29,751 nt of DNA from a virus (Duplodnaviria > Caudoviricetes): positions 1 to 29,751 of IMG/VR virus record IMGVR_UViG_3300007987_000062, one strand, 5' to 3'. This document shows, one piece after another, positions 9,233 through 22,145 of the stretch. A model generated the notes under the pieces. That model worked only from the letters and a program-made list of their open reading frames with translations. It did no database searches and was not told where the DNA came from. Position 1 is the first letter of the stretch; each line of letters begins with the position of its first letter. The position numbers and the translations under genes were made by a program.

Positions 9233-9683
9233 ATGATTAAATATATTGAAGGGGACTTATTAGAGTCCCCTTTTCGTTAGATGTCCTAGCTCACAGATGT
9301 AATTGCTTTTGTGTTATGAGAAGCGGCATTGCTAAGCAAATAGCTAAAAATGCCCAGGGGCTGAAAAGGTAGACTCAATGACTACCCCTGGAGACATAAC
9401 AAAACTGGGTACCATACTGTCTGTACAGTGTGGAGATATGTAGGTAGTTAATGCTTATACTCAGTATAAATATGGAAGAGATACAAATAAAACTTACGTT
9501 GACTACGATGCAGTAGAAAGTGCATTTCTTCATTTAGACAAAAGTTTCCCCGAGCCTATGAAAATAGGAATTCCAAAAATTGGTGCAGGCCTTAGTAATG
9601 GAAATTGGAAAATAATCGAAAACATAATTAACGAGATTTTTCAAAATAGAGAGATCTACGTTTTTTGTAAAAAGTTGAAATAA
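9233..9683 (+). pseudogene. Macrodomain (ADP-ribose processing) pseudogene
   Basis: MIKYIEGDLL / LAHRCNCFCVMRSGIAKQI / VVNAYTQYKYG...DYDAV...IGIPKIGAGL..GNW spread over three frames. Frameshifts near 9275 and 9350; in-frame TAG at 9441. Confidence 0.85.
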
Positions 9684-9704
9684 GTAAACTTTGTAAGTAC
9701 TTTA

Positions 9705-9745
9705 TAAATAGTGGGTTATATGTAACTCACTATTTAGTTTTTTTA
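9705..9745 (+). terminator. Probable intrinsic terminator
   Basis: 14-bp stem TAAATAGTGGGTTA/TAACTCACTATTTA followed by T-runs. Confidence 0.65.
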
Positions 9746-9752
9746 ACTTTTT

Positions 9753-9781
9753 TTGACAACGTGAAAACTAATTTTTATCAT
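9753..9781 (+). promoter_or_regulatory. sigma70-type promoter upstream of the ribonucleotide reductase
   Basis: TTGACA-N17-TATCAT. Confidence 0.65.
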
Positions 9782-9827
9782 TAATTAGCAATAATTAAAA
9801 TCTAAAAAACCAAAATATTAAGTTTTT

Positions 9828-11667
9828 ATGTATACAAGAGAACAGGCGATGGCCGATTCAAAAACATATTTTTCCGGCGGAGAGCTTGAAGCTGGAACAT
9901 TCCTAGACAAATACGCTTTAAAAAACGACAATGAAGAACTACTAGAAAAAACACCAAACGATATGCATCGTAGGCTAGCAAAAGAGCTAGCTAGAATTGA
10001 AAGTAAATACCCTAACCCTCTTAGTGAAGATGAAATCTTTGAGATGCTAGAGCACTTTAATAGAGTAATTCCTCAAGGCTCTCCTATGGCCGGGATTGGG
10101 AATAGTTACCAAGTCACATCGATTTCAAACTGTCTTGCAGGGGAGACTAAAATCCTTACTAGAAAATTTGGATTTATTCCAATAAGTGATGTAGCTGGCA
10201 CTCGGCAAGAGCTACTTACCCTTGGAGGGGGCTGGGTTAACTCTGAGATTAAAGACTTTGGAGTCCAAAAACTTTCAGAGATAAAGCTTTCTAAAGGAAA
10301 AGGAAGTATAAAAACATTATATGCTACTCCTGAGCATAGATGGTTTTCTTACACTTCAAGACAAGGTAAGAAAAAAGAGGTTCTAACAAAAGAGCTTCAA
10401 GCTGGAGATCTACTAGTTAATCAATCTGGGAAGGGTAGAAGTTCTTCTAATATATCCGCTATTGGCATTCAGGCTGGATTTTGCTATGGTGATGGGTCAC
10501 TTTATAGTGACCCACATCATGCAGACTCTTTAACAATTTACGGAAACAAAAGAACGGCTTTAGGTAAATACTTTTCTGAATGTTATGTGTCCTCCTCAGG
10601 GGAAACGGACTATTACTCAGGAATTCCTAACTCTTATAAAGAGCTTCCTGCTCTAACAGAGAATACTTCATTTTTATGGGGTTGGCTATCTGGGTATTTT
10701 GCCGCAGATGGGCATTGCGATGATCGTGGAGCTTGTATGTTTAACTCAGCTAATGTTGAAGATATAGTTCATGTTCAAAACATTTGTGGAATTCTAGGTA
10801 TATTCTGTTCTGAAGTTTCTAGTCAAGAAAGCATTTCCAACCTAACAGAGGAAGAAAACCTTATATTTAAAGTTTTCATAAATAAAAATCACCTATCGGA
10901 GGAGTTTTTTATACGACCTGAGCATAGAAATAATTGGGTTAAAAATAGTTATAACTCTTTTCAAGAATACCCTAGATGGAAAGTTTCTAGTGTAACTCCA
11001 ACTGAAAGGGTTGAACCCGTATTTTGCGCTGTTGTTCCAGATACCCACTCTTTTGTTATAGAGGGGCATATTTTAACAGGAAATTGTTTCGTAGTGGATT
11101 CAGATAACTCTGATTCTTACGGAGGGATCTTTCAAGTAGATGAGCGCTTAGCACATCTTATGAAACGCAGAGCTGGAGTTGGAGTAGATTTATCATTCCT
11201 ACGACCATCTGCTGCTCCGGTTAAGAACGCTGCAAGAACCTCTACGGGCGTTCCATCCTTTATGGAGCGTTACTCTAATACTACTAGAGAAGTAGCGCAA
11301 GAAGGCAGAAGAGGGGCATTAATGCTTAGCCTGGATATACTGCACCCAGACTCTCCTGGATTCATCGATATTAAAATGGATGAAACTAAAGTCACTGGAG
11401 CTAATATATCTATTAGGCAAAGAGATGAGTTCATGAACGCAGTAAAACGAGGAGATACTGAGTTTACTCTCAGGTGGCCTATAGATGCAAAACTCAAAGA
11501 TGCTAAAGTAAAAAAAGTAATTAATCCTCAAGAGCTTTGGGGTAAAATTATTTATAATGCTTGGGCGCGTGCCGAGCCCGGTAACTTATTCTTCGATAAG
11601 ATATGGGAAGAATCCATTCCCAACTGTTATAGTAAATATGGCTATAAGGAATCTTCAACAAATCCGT
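9828..11667 (+). CDS. nrdJ: Class II (AdoCbl-dependent) ribonucleotide reductase, exon 1, contains an intein
   Basis: KYALK, PQGSPMAGIGN, SN|CFV, RRAGVG, VAQEGRRGALM, GANIS, AEPG and STNP motifs; resembles Bacteroidota NrdJ as recalled. Confidence 0.88.
10131..11084 (+). mobile_element. Intein (318 aa) with LAGLIDADG endonuclease in nrdJ
   Basis: Block A CLAGETKILT, block B ATPEHRW, GFCYGDG and GYFAADG motifs, C-terminal VFCAVVPDTHSF...LTGN|C. Removal gives SISNCFVV. Confidence 0.93.
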
Positions 11668-12506
11668 TAACTGTAGCGGCGTAATTAAAGTAATTTATTA
11701 TGGAAAACAAATCTAAAAACGGTGAAAGTCTAGAACAGATAATACCGTGCCAAGCCAGTATGGCAGGTGTAACGACTATGGGAAGAAAAATAAAAGACAA
11801 AAAGGAAAAAATGCTATTAACCAGTTTCGCAGTTATGTGCGATGGTGGGCTATATAAGCGGTATAAATCGGGTAATACTGTTTATATCTTAAATACAACA
11901 AGTGAGGACTATGCTCTTTATGTAAAGGACATACTGGAAAATACCACTTCTGTTATCATTGAAGATAGAACAGATTATAATACTAATGGGATGAATAGAA
12001 AAAAGCAAAAAAGGCTTTATACTAAAAGTCACCCATTTTTTACCAAACTGTATAATCGCATTTATAATAATGGTTATAAGGGTATAGATGTTTTGGCTTA
12101 TAAGTCCATTAACGCAGAATGTCTGGCAATGCTGTACATGGCGGATGGGTCTATTTCCTACAAGGGCGAAGCCATAAGCTCTGTATCCTTAAACACTAAG
12201 CGTCTTACAGAAGGTGATAACTTGCATCAAGCTATTCTAATTAAGGAGAGACTTGGATTTGAGTTTTCAATTAATAAACAAAACCAGTATACTTACTTGA
12301 GGCTAAAATCTAAAGACGTATATAAGTTTTTTGAGGATATCAAGCCTTACATACTGCCTTCTTTTATGTATAAAATCCCGGACGATTTGCTCCTATAAAA
12401 ATATCGATAGGATGGTGATATAGTCTGTACTCTATGGGGACATAGAGAGTTTGGCAGAAATGTCCAAACCTGCGTAAACTTAAGTGATTGTGCAGCAACA
12501 ACTTAG
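11668..12506 (+). mobile_element. Group I intron in nrdJ (839 nt), splitting the catalytic Cys codon
   Basis: P1 CCGT/GCGG; P AAAAACGGTGAA, Q AATACCGTG, R GTAACGACTA, S GTGATATAGTCT; terminal G 12506. Splicing gives AAT CCG T|GC GGA GAA = NPCGE. Confidence 0.92.
11778..12398 (+). CDS. Intron-encoded LAGLIDADG endonuclease
   Basis: SFAVMCDGGL and LAMLYMADGSI motifs; frame is also open from ATG 11700. Confidence 0.8.
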   Translation: MGRKIKDKKEKMLLTSFAVMCDGGLYKRYKSGNTVYILNTTSEDYALYVKDILENTTSVIIEDRTDYNTNGMNRKKQKRLYTKSHPFFTKLYNRIYNNGYKGIDVLAYKSINAECLAMLYMADGSISYKGEAISSVSLNTKRLTEGDNLHQAILIKERLGFEFSINKQNQYTYLRLKSKDVYKFFEDIKPYILPSFMYKIPDDLLL

Positions 12507-14301
<1,795 letters not shown>

Positions 14302-14315
14302 CATTTTTATATTTT

Positions 14316-14332
14316 TTGGCATAAAAATTGAA
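14316..14332 (+). promoter_or_regulatory. Possible sigma54 (-24/-12) promoter
   Basis: TTGGCATAAAAATTGAA (GG-N10-GA) ends 44 nt before the Hsp20 ATG. Confidence 0.45.
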
Positions 14333-14376
14333 ATAAGCTTTTTAAACTAAAATTTTAACTAAAAAAATTAAAATAT

Positions 14377-14694
14377 ATGACAATAGCATTTGAAACATTA
14401 GTACACGCACTGGTAAGTGATTTATTTTCAGAATTTCAAAAAACGAAAGGGCCCTCAGAACTGCCAAAAGACACAAAAGTAGATATCCCAATCCCTGGGT
14501 ATTCTAAGGAGGATGTGTCTCTTAGCGTTCTAGACAACGTATTAGTCATTTCATTAAAAGGTGAAACTTTTAGAAAGTTTCCACTATCTAAGGAGATCGA
14601 TATATCATTGGTTAAAGCATCGGTTAAAAATGGGATGTTAACCATAAGGGTTGAAAAGAAAAAACAAGAGATAATGCAGATCGCGATTGACTAG
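14377..14694 (+). CDS. Small heat shock protein (Hsp20/alpha-crystallin)
   Basis: IPGYSKEDVSLSV.DNVLVIS, FRKFPL and KASVKNGMLTI motifs. Confidence 0.88.
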   Translation: MTIAFETLVHALVSDLFSEFQKTKGPSELPKDTKVDIPIPGYSKEDVSLSVLDNVLVISLKGETFRKFPLSKEIDISLVKASVKNGMLTIRVEKKKQEIMQIAID

Positions 14695-14696
14695 TT

Positions 14697-14719
14697 AAAG
14701 GGGCTTCGGCTCCTTTTTT
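14697..14719 (+). terminator. Intrinsic terminator
   Basis: AAAGGGGC-TTCG-GCTCCTTTTTT. Confidence 0.85.
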
Positions 14720-14724
14720 ATTTT

Positions 14725-14958
14725 ATGGAAAACCTACCAGACTGGGTAACAGATTCATTGCTTGATGTTATCACAGAAGTTAAAGCAAAAAAAGATGCCT
14801 TCGAAAAGCACGGAAGCGCTATTTATTCCTATAAAGATATAAAAGCGTATGCAATAAAAACTGAAGATGGGTTCCATCTTATAGTTAGAATAAACAGACA
14901 AAAAGATCCAAAACCTATAAAAGGGATAGCTCATGTCAGATACAGATGGAATAGTTAA
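14725..14958 (+). CDS. Hypothetical protein
   Basis: 77 aa ORF in a tightly packed run. Confidence 0.55.
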   Translation: MENLPDWVTDSLLDVITEVKAKKDAFEKHGSAIYSYKDIKAYAIKTEDGFHLIVRINRQKDPKPIKGIAHVRYRWNS

Positions 14959-15268
14959 AAAACAAATGCCAGGTGTTAAAGAAATGGAATACCCTGCTTG
15001 GAATGGAAGCTATGAGGAAATAACCAGTGATCTAATAGGTAAGCCTGTTAACTGGGCAACTTGGCCTAATTCTAAAAAAACGATTTTAGTAGATATAAAG
15101 GCCAAAGGTGCAAAAGGATACCCGCTAGGTGGGTATATTATACACGACGGTAAATCTCATAGAGATATACCTGTGTTTAAAGATGAAATAAAGCCCTTTG
15201 CTAAAAAGGTGGGCTCTTTTAAATCACAGCTAACATTAAAGAAAAATGAACAGCTTAGTTTACTTTGA
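14933..15268 (+). CDS. Hypothetical protein
   Basis: 111 aa ORF ending in TGA. Confidence 0.55.
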   Translation: MSDTDGIVKKQMPGVKEMEYPAWNGSYEEITSDLIGKPVNWATWPNSKKTILVDIKAKGAKGYPLGGYIIHDGKSHRDIPVFKDEIKPFAKKVGSFKSQLTLKKNEQLSLL

Positions 15269-15497
15269 CAACGGAGTATACTCCTTAATTGATGAAAGAA
15301 CATCAGTCAGCGCACTTAAAACATCCATAGAAATAATGGTATCTGGGGATAGTTCTCTTGACCCAGAAAACTTCATAATAATCCCAGAAGGGCTTATTGA
15401 AGAATCCACTAGAGAAACATTTACAGAGGCTATATTATACCAGTATCCATACGTAGAAGACCTGCGTTCCGACTGTGAACATATCATTAATTATTAA
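15246..15497 (+). CDS. Hypothetical acidic protein
   Basis: 83 aa ORF. Confidence 0.55.
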   Translation: MNSLVYFDNGVYSLIDERTSVSALKTSIEIMVSGDSSLDPENFIIIPEGLIEESTRETFTEAILYQYPYVEDLRSDCEHIINY

Positions 15498-15515
15498 TTA
15501 CAACAAGCGCACTTT

Positions 15516-15794
15516 ATGAAATACAATAAAAATAATTTCCGAGAAAAAGTAGCAGTAACCTACATTAATAATGGTGTAGAAACACGTAGCCGACTTTTTA
15601 ACCACGAGTCAATAGGCCCTATTCAAGTGTTTATTGACAGTCGACCTCGGGTAACTGGCGTCATAACAAGAACTGAAATAGAAAGCAAGGCTGCAATAAA
15701 CGGCCTTCGCAAAGCGGCTTCCCAGCATATTGATATTTCCTTTATGGAGAAAACCGCAGAAATGAACAGAACCCAAAACAAACCGAAAAAATAA
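15516..15794 (+). CDS. Hypothetical protein
   Basis: 92 aa ORF abutting the next gene. Confidence 0.6.
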   Translation: MKYNKNNFREKVAVTYINNGVETRSRLFNHESIGPIQVFIDSRPRVTGVITRTEIESKAAINGLRKAASQHIDISFMEKTAEMNRTQNKPKK

Positions 15795-15795
15795 A

Positions 15796-17172
15796 ATGCT
15801 TTTTTTATTAATACTGCTAATCTCATTAGCGCTTATAGTTATTCCTATTTTTGAGAAAATAACTAAATTTTCTAAAACTAGCGGCTCTCCAGATTTTTTC
15901 AAAACAATAGCAAATAATACCTATCCAATGATAATTGGTGGTATACTGCTTTTTACAAGCTCTACCCTTATAGACTCTTCCTTGCACTTCGCCAGAGAAG
16001 GTCACCTATACTATGTACTATCTCCTTTAGGAAAGCGTACTATGATAGCTAACCCTGGATATTATATAGCTTTACCTAAGTCTTACATACAAGAGTGGGA
16101 AAGATATATTGACGTTAAGGCTATTCCTTATAAAGATGGCAGTAGAACAGAGTTGGCCCAAAGCACTGAAGGGCTAGAAGGAGTAATCCCAGGAGGAATA
16201 CTTATACGATTTAGCGACAAGGTTAGTGCTAATATGTTTATTGCTACCAGATTTGAAATACCTGTAGTAGAAGAGCAGTTTTTTAAACTGGTTGAGACTT
16301 ATAAGCATCCGAATAACCTAGTAAACAACATTTTAATCCCTACCATTTCTGAGCAGGCTGAAAACGTTGGTATGATGTTTTCTGGCGAAGATTATGTAAA
16401 CGGAGCAACTACTGAACTTAGAGCTACAATGGAAGACGCTCTTAAAAACGGTGGGTTTATTGTTAAACGCGTAGAATCAAAAGACACCTTATGGGTAGAC
16501 GATTTATCACAAAATAGAGATGTTAAAAATCGTAGACGTGAAATAAAAGAAATAAGAACTATTAATAAAAATGAAAAAGTTCTTGAGAACGGTATAGCCA
16601 AACGAACCGCTCATGAGATTAACGCTAACAAGATATATACAGCTTCTGTAATTGTTGAAAGCATTAAACTAGACCCGGAATTTGAAAAGAAACTAATAAC
16701 CCAAAGAGATATCTCTATTGAGAAAATCATTGAGCTACAAAAAGTTGGAACAGCCTGGGCTGCGCAACAACGTATTATAGCTGAGGGTGAAAGAGATAAA
16801 GCTAAGGAAAGAGCTGTACAAGAGATTCAAATGGTTAGTACATTAACTGCCATTGAAACTCGAGTAAAAGAAGAAGACTCTAAACGACAATTAGCTGTTA
16901 TAGCAAAACAAACTGCTAAAGAAGAAGCAGAGGCTTTACTTATAAAAGAAAGAGCTCAAGCAGAAGCTAGTAGATTAAAAGTTGCAGCGGGCTTAAGTCC
17001 GCAGGAAAAAGCTGAATGGGATTATAAAACTAAGGTAGGTGTTGCAGAACAACTAGCTAAGTTAAAGATGCCTACTACAATGATTATGGGAGACTCTAAA
17101 GGAGGAACTCCACTTGAAGCTCTAATAGGTGCGGCTATGGCCAAACAATTAGAATCTAAAGGATCAAACTAA
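15796..17172 (+). CDS. SPFH/band 7 (flotillin-like) membrane protein
   Basis: Two N-terminal hydrophobic segments, IRFSD motif, Ala/Glu/Lys coiled coil and AGLSPQEKAE tail. Confidence 0.75.
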   Translation: MLFLLILLISLALIVIPIFEKITKFSKTSGSPDFFKTIANNTYPMIIGGILLFTSSTLIDSSLHFAREGHLYYVLSPLGKRTMIANPGYYIALPKSYIQEWERYIDVKAIPYKDGSRTELAQSTEGLEGVIPGGILIRFSDKVSANMFIATRFEIPVVEEQFFKLVETYKHPNNLVNNILIPTISEQAENVGMMFSGEDYVNGATTELRATMEDALKNGGFIVKRVESKDTLWVDDLSQNRDVKNRRREIKEIRTINKNEKVLENGIAKRTAHEINANKIYTASVIVESIKLDPEFEKKLITQRDISIEKIIELQKVGTAWAAQQRIIAEGERDKAKERAVQEIQMVSTLTAIETRVKEEDSKRQLAVIAKQTAKEEAEALLIKERAQAEASRLKVAAGLSPQEKAEWDYKTKVGVAEQLAKLKMPTTMIMGDSKGGTPLEALIGAAMAKQLESKGSN

Positions 17173-17176
17173 ACAC

Positions 17177-17206
17177 AAAAAGCCCGAGGTGATTCGGGCT
17201 TTTTTT
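17177..17206. terminator. Bidirectional intrinsic terminator between the convergent arms
   Basis: AAAAAGCCCGA-GGTGAT-TCGGGCTTTTTTT. Confidence 0.9.
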
Positions 17207-17225
17207 CTCTTAAATCTTTTTTAGA

Positions 17226-17939
17226 TTAAGAAGGAAGAAATAAAGGATTAATAGGAACTATTCTAGTCCCCACTAGTGAAGCACTCTCAGCCAATACAGT
17301 TTGGTTAGCTTGTATTCCAAAATTGTGTTGACGAAGTGCGCATCCTTCAATGTAAACTCCGCCATAAGCCTCGCCCTCCATATCATACAATACTAATCCA
17401 AGGCCAAAAGGCTTGTTAAATACAGTAGACATAAAGTTTAACCATAAATTACCTATTTTTTTTCCGCCTACTGCTTCACTTCTAAGCTCTTTTACCACTG
17501 TAGGTAATTTACCGTACGGAAGAGTTGGCTTATTACTATTTATATTGCCCGGTGTACCTGGGTACGAAAAGTAGTTTTCGTTTTGCACTCTTACCATATA
17601 TAGTGCTTTAGCCAAAGATGGCCCATCAAACAATACTCTAGACAAAGAGCATTGCACAGAATTTCTACCTGGGATAAAAAATGGTACCCTACTACCTATT
17701 TCATATATTTCATTAGCCGCTCTATTCTGCGTTATTTGATAAGACTGAACCTGCCCAATTGGGATTAGACCGTTAATGCCTGCTGCTTTTGGATATTTTC
17801 TTGGTCCCGAAAATATTACAGCACCCTCAGCAGATAAAAACCCACCGTTTGATGCGTTAGCTACGTCGTCCGGTTGGACGTTATCATCATTTCTTAATGT
17901 ATTATTTTTTCAATTAATTAAACCTGAAAATCCTGCCAT
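17226..17939 (-). CDS. Probable tail tube protein (237 aa, one TGA read as Trp)
   Basis: ATG 17939 with AGGAG SD; TGA at codon 10 (17910-17912); IGQVQSYQITQNR..NEIYEIGS motif; directly follows the sheath gene. Confidence 0.75.
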
Positions 17940-17952
17940 TTTTATTTATCTC

Positions 17953-19536
17953 CTAAAATGTTAATGTTATTTTAATATAGTTTAATGGATAAAGTAGTTT
18001 TAAACTAAAATCTACTTTTAGTGTACTCGGTGCATCAGGATCCTGAAACAAATTATCCAATTTTAAATCTGCGACTATTCCATTATCAATAAGAACATTA
18101 GCTGCGGAGTTAAATGCTGCTGTTAAGTTTTTTGTAAGAGCTGGGGAAATTACGAATTTTCCAATAAGTGGAGAAACAAAGTCTCTTAAAAACTTAGCAG
18201 AATAATCAATTGCAGTTGTAATGCTTAACTCACGGGTTTGAGCTGTAAGAGCATTAGTAGACAACTGGTGACGGATTAATAGTCCGCCAACGTCTTCCAT
18301 AATTAGGTTACCGCCAGAAGCAATAGTATTCAAGTCTGAGTTTTTAAAGTACTTATTACTAAACTCTAGTTTAGAGAATCCTGCAATACTTGAGTTAGTT
18401 AAAGGCTGTGATGGCGTATTTACAGATATTTTACCTGCTAGGGCTGCAGCCATGTAATAACCAGGAACTGGTATAAGTACATCAACTTCTACTTTAGTAG
18501 TCGTAGATACTGCCTTTATAGTCGTGATTTGAGCATCAGTAACTGAATCGCCCTTTTGATAAGACCCGTCAGTTGCACTAGCTACCCATATAGGTCTGTG
18601 TGCACCTGCAAATGTTGCACCAAAAGCTGCAGTAATGAAAGCAGTTGTCAGTGTCCCTAAGTTTGCATTTGTCATTCTAACATAAGCTACTTCTGGGTGA
18701 ATGTTGAATAAGCGTTTTTCACCTTGACCCATTGCCCAGTTTTTTAGCGCTGTAGCGTTTTCGGCTTTAGTTCCACTTTCATAGTCAGCAATCCCTGCTA
18801 CTGACCCTATTACAATTCGCTCTCCTTTCTCCTCAGGCGCAGACATTGCGGTTGCATGAGACTTAAAAGCTGTTATGTCAGCCTCTAAAGAAGAAAGTAC
18901 TGCAATAGAATAAACATCTAAAGCGCCTTCAAATAAGGTAACTCCAGTAGATACTGCACTTCCTTTAGCTGTAACGCCCGCATAAAATTTAGATGCACCG
19001 TTTTGAAAAAGCATGCTTGCTCCAAATACAAGTGGGTTAAACCACTGACGACTTGGGTCTAAAGTAGACTTCGATATAAAGTCGTTTATTTGCTTAGCGT
19101 CGTCTATTTCTATTAGAGTGTTTTCTCTTTCAGCATTTTTAGCTAAGTATCCAATATGTACTGAAGCTTTATCTAAAGCAACATTGGTCCTAATTTCCTG
19201 CCCAGCTGGGATTGTTAATAGGCTTGTACCGTCTACAAGGTCTGGCGCTGCTAAAGTGTAGCCTCCCGATTCTAGGTAAACAACATCGCCTGGAGTTCCT
19301 GTGGTGCCCTCGTTTGCTAAGTAAACTACAACTGAGCCAGCTACGATATTAGCAACTTCGTAAGGTAGTATTACAACTAACTCTGCGCCGACATATTTAG
19401 TTTCAATGGCCACTGTAGGATCTACCCATATATAACCTGGGCCTACAACTGCACTTTTAAGCGTTGGGTCAGGTAAAGGAAAACTTTGGCTAACTTGTAC
19501 TTGTCGTACGGTAACGCCTGGTTTTTGATAAGACAT
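17953..19536 (-). CDS. Contractile tail sheath protein
   Basis: N-terminal YQKPGVTV, C-terminal RELSI...DY and YPLNYIKITLTF; AGGAG SD. Confidence 0.85.
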   Translation of the reverse strand: MSYQKPGVTVRQVQVSQSFPLPDPTLKSAVVGPGYIWVDPTVAIETKYVGAELVVILPYEVANIVAGSVVVYLANEGTTGTPGDVVYLESGGYTLAAPDLVDGTSLLTIPAGQEIRTNVALDKASVHIGYLAKNAERENTLIEIDDAKQINDFISKSTLDPSRQWFNPLVFGASMLFQNGASKFYAGVTAKGSAVSTGVTLFEGALDVYSIAVLSSLEADITAFKSHATAMSAPEEKGERIVIGSVAGIADYESGTKAENATALKNWAMGQGEKRLFNIHPEVAYVRMTNANLGTLTTAFITAAFGATFAGAHRPIWVASATDGSYQKGDSVTDAQITTIKAVSTTTKVEVDVLIPVPGYYMAAALAGKISVNTPSQPLTNSSIAGFSKLEFSNKYFKNSDLNTIASGGNLIMEDVGGLLIRHQLSTNALTAQTRELSITTAIDYSAKFLRDFVSPLIGKFVISPALTKNLTAAFNSAANVLIDNGIVADLKLDNLFQDPDAPSTLKVDFSLKLLYPLNYIKITLTF

Positions 19537-19561
19537 AAATTTTTCTCCTAATTTTAATTAT

Positions 19562-20371
19562 TTAATTTTTTGGTGCCGATTTCACTCCTCGGTACACGCT
19601 AGTGCCGATTCCTAAAAGCGGGTTGAGTGTGAATGTACCAGCATCTATAGCTGTGTCCATTATTCTTTTTGACTTTTTAGTCCCCTTTTCAGCAGAGGCA
19701 TATGTAAACGCGCCGACTGCTACTCCAGAAGTCCCAAGTCCTATAGATAAAGGCTGTATAGCTTTTCTTTTCTCAAGTATGGCAGTCCCTCTTTCTGTGT
19801 ACCCTTTTATTTCACGATCTTTAAAAAGTTTATGTTTTCAAGATCCTTCTTGTACTCTGTGATTCCTGGCGAACTCTTTACCATCCTTTTTAATTATCGA
19901 CCATTCTTTTCTAGGTCCGCTCGTTACAATCTCTTTATACCTATCACCCTTCATCTGCTCAATAGGTGTTTTTACAATTTTCTTAATCCCATTAAAAAAC
20001 CCGCCGCTCCTGCTTTTATCAAAAGCATCTATAACTCCACCAATAATATGCGCAGTGTTTCCAACACCCTGGCGAAAACCTCTAGACAAAGTCGGAACTT
20101 CAGTTTTATTAAGGTCTTGAATAACTGCCTGTCCTTTAGAATTAACCGCCCCCATAGTATTTTTAATACCGTCTTTACCTAACCCGATCGTTCTAACAGG
20201 GTCTTTAAACTGCCTAGCATAATCTATAAAAGACCTAAACGCGCCTTTACCACCTGTAGGGTTCATGGCTGCATGCTCCACGCCTAATAGAAACTTTCCT
20301 ATGTTTGTGTTTTCAAAAGGTAATTTTCCTAAAAGTTTTAAGCTTGCTTCTTTAGCTAGTTCACTTGCCAT
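19562..20371 (-). CDS. Basic Gly/Lys-rich probable virion protein (269 aa, one TGA read as Trp)
   Basis: Reading through TGA 19838 adds W plus 91 codons to TAA 19562 and fills the gap before the sheath gene. Confidence 0.75.
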
Positions 20372-20377
20372 GTATAA

Positions 20378-20386
20378 ATGATATCA
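20378..20386 (-). promoter_or_regulatory. Possible extended -10 promoter, leaderless
   Basis: TGA-TATCAT, 6 nt, then ATG 20371; no SD. Confidence 0.4.
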
Positions 20387-20398
20387 TTACTTAATAGT

Positions 20399-21208
20399 TT
20401 ATAGTTTATAAATTCCATATACTCCGAAAGGGTCGGGTACTGTATATAATGTATTATCTATTAAGTCAATTGTCAAGGGGACGCTAGTTTTTTGTTCTAA
20501 AGTTACTGAATCTTTAAAATTTGCAAGTAGCTGCTTTCCATCTGGAATTGGGTCAAAGAGTTTTATAGTTTTACCATCTCCATTTATAATATACTCTAGT
20601 CCTTCAGTTAGTTTAACATCGTCATAGTAAAGTTTTTGTGTAAAAAGAGATGTATTTTTAAATACAGTCTCTAAAACTAGAAATGATATATTAATTGGGA
20701 TTAATGTTACTTTAACACTTGAAGCTGTAAGTGAAACAATATTTTCTTTACCTAAATTTAAAGATGTTACCTTATGAATTCCTTGAGCCCTAAATGCTTC
20801 CCGATTTGCTGATATAACATAAAATACTTCATTAGCTAATTCATCTACTAAAAATGGAGTTCTATGTACAACATTTATTGATAGTGAGCCTTGCATTAAA
20901 TCAGTTATAGAGTAGTTCCCTAGCCTGCTTTTATCTGGCTGCGGCCCCATACTCGGTACGGTTTTTGAAGGGTCTCCATTATAATATTGTGGTTCAGCTC
21001 GTAAGTAATTGGCTCATCCGGCAGGCCCCCTGTCTATTATAATTGTGGGTAACTTTGCAGCCACGCCTATTTCCACAGAGTACTTATCCGCTATAATTAT
21101 TTTAGTAAGCTTTGGGTCTGGGTTTCAAGTATATTTTTCATGCCTAGAAAACCAATTCTGTAGGTAGTTTAAGTAAATATATTTACTCCGTAATGTTAGG
21201 CCTATCAT
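20399..21208 (-). CDS. Probable tail completion/terminator protein (269 aa, two TGA read as Trp)
   Basis: From ATG 21208: ...KYT*NPDP...KLPTIIIDRGPAG*AN..., in frame with the called ORF 20399-20950; function inferred from synteny. Confidence 0.65.
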
Positions 21209-21350
21209 AATACTTCCCGTCGTTAAATAAAACATCTTCTAAAGTTTTTTCAACCTTACCGCCACTCTTGCTTGCTAGTTCTTCTTCTAGCTGTTGAATT
21301 AATTTTTTATTTGCTTCTAAATCAGGAAGCCCTCTTTTTATTCTAATCAT
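21183..21350 (-). CDS. Small hypothetical protein (55 aa)
   Basis: MIRIKRGLPDLEANKKLIQQLEEELASK...; overlaps both neighbours by a few codons. Confidence 0.5.
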   Translation of the reverse strand: MIRIKRGLPDLEANKKLIQQLEEELASKSGGKVEKTLEDVLFNDGKYYDRPNITE

Positions 21351-22143
21351 ATGCTTCTACACTATATATCTCATCATCTAAGTGAACTAAGCTTAATCTA
21401 GCTTGTTGCTCAAAGGGTACTCCAAGTGCGGAAACTTGCCTAACCATTTGTATTTCATAGCGCTCGTTTGTTTTTGGGTCCACTATAATATCTCCTACAG
21501 TTAAAGGAGGTATATTAGTAGTGAAAAGAAAAACATCACTGGGATAAAATTCTCCTCAAAGCTGTAATGTTTTTTGATTCGGAGAAGGCTGAATCATCCC
21601 TCGAAAGGTTTGTGGTTTAAAATAGCCCTCTCTCCACCCTGTTCCAAAACAAGTGCAGTCATCACAAATTTTACCATTATTAACAAATAAAATAGGATCC
21701 CAAGAAACTTCACACCTAGTTCCTCATGTTCGTTTTTTAAGTAGAACAAAATCTCTCCCACTTTTTTTGTTTAATACTAATTTTTTTTCTCTAAGAATAG
21801 CCTTTCATTGTATTGACGGCGCCTCATCATTAACAAATCTATAACCATTCACGGGAAATTTGGATTCTTCTAGAGTTTCTGAATTCTTTATTTTTGCGTA
21901 AAAATATCAAGATCTAGTACTGGACAAAAGACCTTTTACACTCATATCAGTATAGTAAGGCGTGTCTATAGGAAGATCAGAGACTACAGGTTCATACTCG
22001 TTATCTAATTCAGATGGAGCTTCACTTTTAAATAAGCTTATAGTATATATAGATAAATCTTCTAAAGTAGGGGAAACCTCCCACTCTATAAAAAGAGAGT
22101 CACTATCTTTTCTACTAACTTTAAAACTTTTTAGATTTACCAT
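21343..22143 (-). CDS. Probable head closure/neck protein with Cys cluster (266 aa, four TGA read as Trp)
   Basis: TGA at 21907, 21805, 21724 and 21556; KKRT*GTRC...CDDCTCFGTGWREGYFKP and PPLTVGDIIV motifs; ends at TAG 21343. Confidence 0.75.
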
Positions 22144-22145
22144 TC

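Noticed and set aside
9441-9443. TAG recoding (code 15)
   Set aside because: This is a single case inside a frameshifted pseudogene; TAG is a real stop for the capsid, sheath, protease and other genes.
7798-12506. ORF-track starts at 7798, 8175 and 12488 as independent genes
   Set aside because: These TTG starts lie inside intron sequence; the frames are exons or intron ORFs.
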